From positions 1-64,000 of IMG/VR virus record IMGVR_UViG_3300025101_000025: DNA of 64,000 nucleotides, one strand, 5' to 3'. The position numbers and the translations under genes were made by a program. The notes beneath the pieces were generated by a model. That model was not told where the DNA came from. It saw only the letters and a program-made list of their open reading frames with translations, and searched no databases. Position 1 is the stretch's first letter. The number at the start of each line of letters is the position of its first letter. Source of the stretch: an uncultured virus (IMG/VR IMGVR_UViG_3300025101_000025) (lineage: Duplodnaviria; Heunggongvirae; Uroviricota; Caudoviricetes; Kyanoviridae). This document shows positions 58,723 through 64,000 of the stretch, piece after piece.

Positions 58723-59341
58723 ACAACTAAGACCTGAATTTCCTAGTCCTGCAAAAAGATTATTTCATATCCACATACCTAGAACCGCAGGTAGATTTTT
58801 GATGAATAATATTTTATCAAATGGATTTGATCTTGAAGGAACAATTTTACCAACAGAAAATGGAATGGAACCACAACATTTTCATGCAGAATTATATGAG
58901 AGATATTATGATATTGCAAATATTCCACATATTGCAATTGTTCGTAATCCTATAGATCGATTTATATCATGTTCAATATTTTTAAAAAAAATGTATGGTG
59001 ACATACAAGATGCAATGGAAGATCCAATGATGTTTTCGTCTTTAATTGAAAACTATCCATTTGAAGGTATTAATTGGTTTAGACCACAGATGGATTTTAT
59101 TACTGATGAAACTAATCTTTGGAAATTTGAAGATGGATTTGGTAGTGACTTTGATGAGTGGATGACAGATTTGATTGGTGCACCATATGTTACTAAAGAT
59201 GTGCCATACCAAAAACTGGTAATAAATGAGGATGACAAATTAATAAAGACTGATAGAATTATAGATAATATCAAGTCGTTATATAGAAAGGACATTGAGC
59301 AACTCTATCCCGAATTGGCAACACCACAAGAAACCACTTAA
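58709..59341 (+). CDS. Sulfotransferase-family protein
   Basis: HIHIPRTAG (5'-PSB-like) and IVRNPIDRFIS (3'-PB-like) motifs. Confidence 0.7.
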   Translation: MPTYKQLRPEFPSPAKRLFHIHIPRTAGRFLMNNILSNGFDLEGTILPTENGMEPQHFHAELYERYYDIANIPHIAIVRNPIDRFISCSIFLKKMYGDIQDAMEDPMMFSSLIENYPFEGINWFRPQMDFITDETNLWKFEDGFGSDFDEWMTDLIGAPYVTKDVPYQKLVINEDDKLIKTDRIIDNIKSLYRKDIEQLYPELATPQETT

Positions 59342-59388
59342 CAAAGTGTCTACTTAAGACCTCTGGCAAGCGTCAGGGGTTTTATAAT
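59333..59388 (+). promoter_or_regulatory. Operator-like palindrome, stem-loop and -10 box
   Basis: ACCACTTAACAAAGTGTC, hairpin ACCTCTG/CAGGGGT, TATAAT at 59383. Confidence 0.6.
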
Positions 59389-59413
59389 GGCCATATACAC
59401 ACACAGGAAACAG

Positions 59414-61612
59414 ATGGCAGTTCAATACGAAATCAAATCACAACTTGCAAAACTACTTGCAACAGAAGATCTTATTGTTGAGCATAAGCATGTAGAGACA
59501 GCGCAGTTCAATGTCCAGACCCGCGTATTGATTCTGCCTCTTTGGGAGAAAGCAAGTAATTCTGTATATGATATGTTGGTAGCGCATGAAGTTGGGCATG
59601 CGTTATTTACACCTAATGAAGATTATAGAGACAAAGTAAAAATACCTTTTGATTTCATAAATGTTTGCGAAGATGCTCGTATAGAGAAGTTGATGAAGCG
59701 TAAGTATCAGGGTCTTCCAAAAACATTTTATTATGGATATAGTGATCTTCATGATGATGATTTCTTTAATGTAGTAGATGTTGATTTTGAAAAATTTAAT
59801 CTTGCTGATAAAGCAAATCTTCATTTCAAGATTGGTAATTTTATTGATATAACATTTACCTCAAAAGAGAAGGAGATTATTGACGAGATTGCTAACACAG
59901 AAACTTTTGATGAAGTTCTTGTAGTATCAGAGAAGTTATATAATTACTGCAAGGAGAATATGGAGGATCAGAAGAAGCAAGTTCAAGATCTTGATCTTCA
60001 TATGACTCCACAAACAGGACAACCAGAATCTCCAGAGTCATCTGATAGTAATGATGATGGTGAGTTAGAAGAAGTTGATCAGCAAGTCACTCAATCAGGA
60101 ACTGAACCACAAAATGATTTTGGTTCAGATGAAGGTGGTGATATGGTTACACCAGAGGATGAGCAATCTGATTCTCCTTATGATCCTGATTCTTCAGAAC
60201 CACAAGTTGCAACTGCAGAAGAGTTGGAGAAGAGTTTAAAAGATTTAATTGCAAGTCATGATGGTAGAGAGAATATCTATGTTGAGTTACCTGATGTTAA
60301 ACTTGACAAAATTATTGAATCTAATAGTGAGGTTCATGATGTTATCGAAAAACATTTTGCATGGGAGTGGAGTAGAATTAAAGCAGATAGAGAGAAGAAT
60401 GGATATTCATGTGTTGCAAATCCATTTGAAGAAATTGATTCTGAATTTAATAATTTTAAAAAGAATGCAAGAAAGGAAGTTAATTATCTTGTTAAAGAGT
60501 TTGAGTGTAAGAAAGCTGCATCTGCATATGCTCGTGCTGCAGTAGCTCGCACTGGTGTATTGAATACATCAAAACTTCATACTTATAAGTTCAATGAAGA
60601 TCTTTTCAAAAAAGTTACCATATTACCTGATGGTAAAAATCATGGATTAGTATTCATTCTTGATTGGTCAGGATCAATGCAATATATCTTACAGGATACT
60701 TTAAAGCAACTTTATAATTTAATTTGGTTCTGCAGAAAAGTAAATATTCCCTTTGATGTATATGCTTTTTCAAATGAATTCAAACGTGATGAGGGTTGGG
60801 GTTATTCTCATAATTATGATACTGTTGCCTATGAGAAGAGAGAGAACGTAATGGCAATTGATAGTTGTTTTTCTCTCATGCATTTTTTCTCAAGTGATGT
60901 TAAAGGAAAAGATCTTGAACATCAAATGCTTAACATATGGAGAGTTGCATCTTTATTCAGAGTATGGGGTCATGTAACTTACCCACGTAGACTTGCATTA
61001 TCAGGAACACCATTGAACGAATCATTAATCACTCTACGTCAAATTCTTCCAGAGTTCCAAAAGAAACATAACCTTGAAAAAGTTCAGTGTATTGTTCTTA
61101 CTGATGGTGAAGCTGGACATCTCTCATATCATGTGGAGGTTAAACGTTCTTGGGAAGATGAACCATACATGGGAACACGCGGTATCGTTCCTGAAGCGAC
61201 ATTTATACGTGACCGTAAACTTGGTTGTAATTATAAAATTGGTTATAGATATACAGATTTTACAGATACTATTCTTCAAAATCTTCAAGATCTATTTCCA
61301 ACAGTAAACTTTATCGGCATTCGAGTTATCGTTCCTAGAGCTGCATTATCTTTTGCAAGACATTTTACAACTGATGAAACAAAGTTAAATGTGATTGAGA
61401 AAGATTGGAAAAAAACAAAAAGTTTCAATATTGTTGACTCTGCTTATGATGCATATTTTGTAATGTCATCAGTAAATCTTAATGACAATTCAGATTTTCA
61501 AGTAAAGGAAGATGCTACCAAGTCGCAGATTAAATCAGCATTTGTTAGATCACTCAAGACAAAAAAACTAAATAAAAAAGTATTGGGCGAATTTATTTCT
61601 TTAGTGGTATGA
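59414..61612 (+). CDS. Zincin-like peptidase domain + VWA domain protein (CobT-like partner)
   Basis: HEVGH and NVCEDARIE in N-terminus; MIDAS LDWSGSM, SGTPL, LTDG; track start 59387 falls inside the -10 box so 59414 is preferred. Confidence 0.85.
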   Translation: MAVQYEIKSQLAKLLATEDLIVEHKHVETAQFNVQTRVLILPLWEKASNSVYDMLVAHEVGHALFTPNEDYRDKVKIPFDFINVCEDARIEKLMKRKYQGLPKTFYYGYSDLHDDDFFNVVDVDFEKFNLADKANLHFKIGNFIDITFTSKEKEIIDEIANTETFDEVLVVSEKLYNYCKENMEDQKKQVQDLDLHMTPQTGQPESPESSDSNDDGELEEVDQQVTQSGTEPQNDFGSDEGGDMVTPEDEQSDSPYDPDSSEPQVATAEELEKSLKDLIASHDGRENIYVELPDVKLDKIIESNSEVHDVIEKHFAWEWSRIKADREKNGYSCVANPFEEIDSEFNNFKKNARKEVNYLVKEFECKKAASAYARAAVARTGVLNTSKLHTYKFNEDLFKKVTILPDGKNHGLVFILDWSGSMQYILQDTLKQLYNLIWFCRKVNIPFDVYAFSNEFKRDEGWGYSHNYDTVAYEKRENVMAIDSCFSLMHFFSSDVKGKDLEHQMLNIWRVASLFRVWGHVTYPRRLALSGTPLNESLITLRQILPEFQKKHNLEKVQCIVLTDGEAGHLSYHVEVKRSWEDEPYMGTRGIVPEATFIRDRKLGCNYKIGYRYTDFTDTILQNLQDLFPTVNFIGIRVIVPRAALSFARHFTTDETKLNVIEKDWKKTKSFNIVDSAYDAYFVMSSVNLNDNSDFQVKEDATKSQIKSAFVRSLKTKKLNKKVLGEFISLVV

Positions 61613-62094
61613 TCACATTCAAAGAATTCATGCAAGAGAGCAGTCTCTCTCGTATAAAAAGTAAATCAGATAAGAGTGGCATAGCAACTCTTTCGGGTGA
61701 TCGTGGTGACAAATCAAGGAAAGAAAATCAAGCAAGATCAAAACAATTGCAAAAAGATATTCGTGGTAAGTTTGGTAGAGGGCCAACTAAATTAAAGGGA
61801 TCATATTTAGAAAATCCCGGTTCAAAAGATGAGAGAAAAGTAAAAGAGAAAAGTTATGCAATAGATCGTGGTAAGATGGGTAAAAGAAAATTCAAGAAAG
61901 AAGTTAAGAAGTTAGGTAAGAAGTATGGGCAGGATTCCGTATTAACACAAACTAAAAAAACTGCTACACTACATAGAACAAGAAAAGGTGGATTAGATAA
62001 AAAAGGAGAAAATGTCGGTAGGTTTAAACCACAAGGTAAAAACCCATACGGTCAATCACAAATTAAAGGTAAAACTTTCGCATATGGAGATTAA
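61609..62094 (+). CDS. Basic hypothetical protein (T4 30.3-like) with internal-protein-like N-terminus
   Basis: MITFKEFMQESSLSRI...LGKKYGQDSVL. Confidence 0.7.
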   Translation: MITFKEFMQESSLSRIKSKSDKSGIATLSGDRGDKSRKENQARSKQLQKDIRGKFGRGPTKLKGSYLENPGSKDERKVKEKSYAIDRGKMGKRKFKKEVKKLGKKYGQDSVLTQTKKTATLHRTRKGGLDKKGENVGRFKPQGKNPYGQSQIKGKTFAYGD

Positions 62095-62331
62095 ATGACA
62101 AAACCTTATGATGACTCCAATTGGAGAGAAGAATACAAACAGTATACAAGTGATAAATATTATCTTGAATTACTGGAAAATGGGCCTAAAAGTTTATCTC
62201 AGTCGTGGATACTAGGTGCATTATATAATAAATGGAAAAAGATAAAGGGGTATCATAAGTATGATCCTAAAGAGAATACAGGGCAGTGTCAATCCTCTTT
62301 TGCAGAGTGGGAATCAAAGATAAATAACTGA
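62095..62331 (+). CDS. Hypothetical cyanophage protein
   Basis: 78 aa, GGAGA SD. Confidence 0.8.
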   Translation: MTKPYDDSNWREEYKQYTSDKYYLELLENGPKSLSQSWILGALYNKWKKIKGYHKYDPKENTGQCQSSFAEWESKINN

Positions 62332-62338
62332 CACTAAA

Positions 62339-62393
62339 GACAATAAACAAACTGTCCCTTTTAGTGGTATATGCGATCATAGTTTGATATAGT
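62339..62393 (+). promoter_or_regulatory. Operator-like palindrome and extended -10 box
   Basis: GACAATAAACAAACTGTC, then TGATATAGT (TATAGT at 62388). Confidence 0.6.
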
Positions 62394-62419
62394 AAAGGTA
62401 TACAAACACAAATCGCATC

Positions 62420-63550
62420 ATGACAAAAAAATTATTCAAACCCTTTGAAGTCAAAATGACTCGTGAAGAAATTATTGAGGGTCTTAGATCCAACTATGGC
62501 ACTGAATTTACTGCTGCTGATGTAAAAGGTTTTTGTGCGATGAATGATATTGCATATTCGACCATTACCAAAAAGATTGATGAGTTTAAAGTTGGTCGTG
62601 GAAAGTGGAATTTTGAAGTTACTAAAAAATCAGTAGAAAAGATAGAGCGTTCATTTAGTGCTCCAAGCGTTACACCTTTTGTGGAAGAAAATCTAGTTCC
62701 TACAATAAATGACACATTCGTAAAGTTTGGTAGTTTTACTGATCTTAGAAGTATTATTAAGTCAAAATTATTCTATCCTACATTTATCACAGGTTTATCT
62801 GGTAACGGAAAAACTTTTAGTGTTGAGCAAGCATGTGCACAACTCAACAGAGAACTTGTTCGTGTAAACATTACAATCGAAACAGATGAAGATGATCTTA
62901 TTGGCGGTTTCCGTCTTGTTAATGGTGAAACCGTATGGCACAATGGCCCAGTCATCGAAGCACTTGAGCGAGGTGCAATATTGTTACTTGACGAAATCGA
63001 CCTTGCATCCAACAAGATCCTCTGCCTTCAGAGCATCCTTGAAGGAACTGGAGTCTTTCTTAAAAAAATTGGGAGATTTGTCAGACCATCCGCAGGATTC
63101 AACGTCATTGCCACCGCAAATACTAAAGGTAAGGGTTCAGACGACGGAAGATTTATTGGAACTAACGTGCTCAATGAGGCCTTCCTTGAAAGATTCCCAG
63201 TAACGTTCGAGCAAGAATATCCTGCACCAAAGACAGAGCAAAAGATTCTTGCTAATGCATCTGCAGAAATTGGTATCAAAGATGCTGATTTTTGTAAGAG
63301 ACTTGTTGATTGGGCAGACATCATTCGTAAGACATTCTACGATGGTGGTGTAGAGGAGATCATTTCTACTCGTCGTTTAGTTCATATCATTCGTGCATAT
63401 GGAATCTTCAAGAACAAAGCAAAAGCAATCGAAGTATGTGTCAATCGTTTTGATGATGAGACTAAGCAATCATTCATGGAGTTATATGACAAAGTGGATG
63501 CAGATGTAGATTTTAATCAAGAGAACAATGGATCTGTGGAACAAGTATAA
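62420..63550 (+). CDS. cobS: CobS-like MoxR-family AAA+ ATPase
   Basis: GLSGNGKT Walker A, LLLDEID Walker B, ATANTKG, NEAFLERF, ISTRRL. Confidence 0.88.
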   Translation: MTKKLFKPFEVKMTREEIIEGLRSNYGTEFTAADVKGFCAMNDIAYSTITKKIDEFKVGRGKWNFEVTKKSVEKIERSFSAPSVTPFVEENLVPTINDTFVKFGSFTDLRSIIKSKLFYPTFITGLSGNGKTFSVEQACAQLNRELVRVNITIETDEDDLIGGFRLVNGETVWHNGPVIEALERGAILLLDEIDLASNKILCLQSILEGTGVFLKKIGRFVRPSAGFNVIATANTKGKGSDDGRFIGTNVLNEAFLERFPVTFEQEYPAPKTEQKILANASAEIGIKDADFCKRLVDWADIIRKTFYDGGVEEIISTRRLVHIIRAYGIFKNKAKAIEVCVNRFDDETKQSFMELYDKVDADVDFNQENNGSVEQV

Positions 63551-64000
63551 GTCTGTTCTCCATGAAACAATCTCATTAGATTATGATGAGACATGGGGAG
63601 CATGGGAATCAAAAGGTATGAGTCTTTTTGCGAAGACTTATACCAATCCTTTTTTAATTAAATCAAGAGAGGTAGATATTTGGAGTGATAAATGTTCCAT
63701 TTATAACAACATCCTTTACCCAAAAACAGGTAGTAATCTTCCATGTTTTGGTATGGATTTGATGGGATTCAATGAAAAGAAAGTTATCATAGTATTTGAC
63801 TTTCAACATCCAGTTGAAAACTATCGTTACTCTGTTGATGGATTACCAAAAGGAAAAAATGATTATAGATTTTTTGAAGTTGGAAATCATTTTTCAGATA
63901 ACATTTATGTTGCTAAATGTGAAATGAATCAAGTAAATGAACATCTTGAAATGTTTGAAAATTACTTGACTAAATTTAAAAACATGTTAGAATTAGAAAA
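63528..64000 (+). CDS. pebS: Phycoerythrobilin synthase (ferredoxin-dependent bilin reductase), truncated by window end
   Basis: Manual translation contains IYNNILYPKTGSNLPCFGMDLMGFNEKKVIIVFDFQHP...SVDGLP...YRFFEVGNHFS, closely matching P-SSM2 PebS as I recall it. Confidence 0.88.
   Translation, partial: MDLWNKYKSVLHETISLDYDETWGAWESKGMSLFAKTYTNPFLIKSREVDIWSDKCSIYNNILYPKTGSNLPCFGMDLMGFNEKKVIIVFDFQHPVENYRYSVDGLPKGKNDYRFFEVGNHFSDNIYVAKCEMNQVNEHLEMFENYLTKFKNMLELE

Overview
This is a 64-kb segment of an AT-rich T4-like cyanobacterial myovirus (Kyanoviridae, Prochlorococcus phage P-SSM2-like, inferred from gene content and a pebS gene). Essentially all real genes are on the + strand. 1-3.7 kb is an accessory/early region. 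It holds a tandem array of small ORFs, each preceded by a conserved 41-bp element, then four DnaA-box-like 9-mers with an AT-rich tract, back-to-back sigma70-type promoters, and a ~130-nt GC-rich multi-stem element (candidate ncRNA) directly behind the last repeat copy. 6-51 kb is the morphogenesis block in T4 order: gp25, gp6, giant gp7-like, gp8, VrlC-like, gp13-16, accessory insert, gp17-23, gp3, with gp55-type late promoters. 51-64 kb holds uvsY, uvsW, gp55, gp47, gp46, a three-gene sugar-modification insert, a zincin-VWA gene and CobS/MoxR AAA+ gene, and a truncated pebS. Window-wide codon-pair choices suggest avoidance of GGWCC, CCWGG and GTAC. All calls come from reading motifs by eye; no database searches were run.
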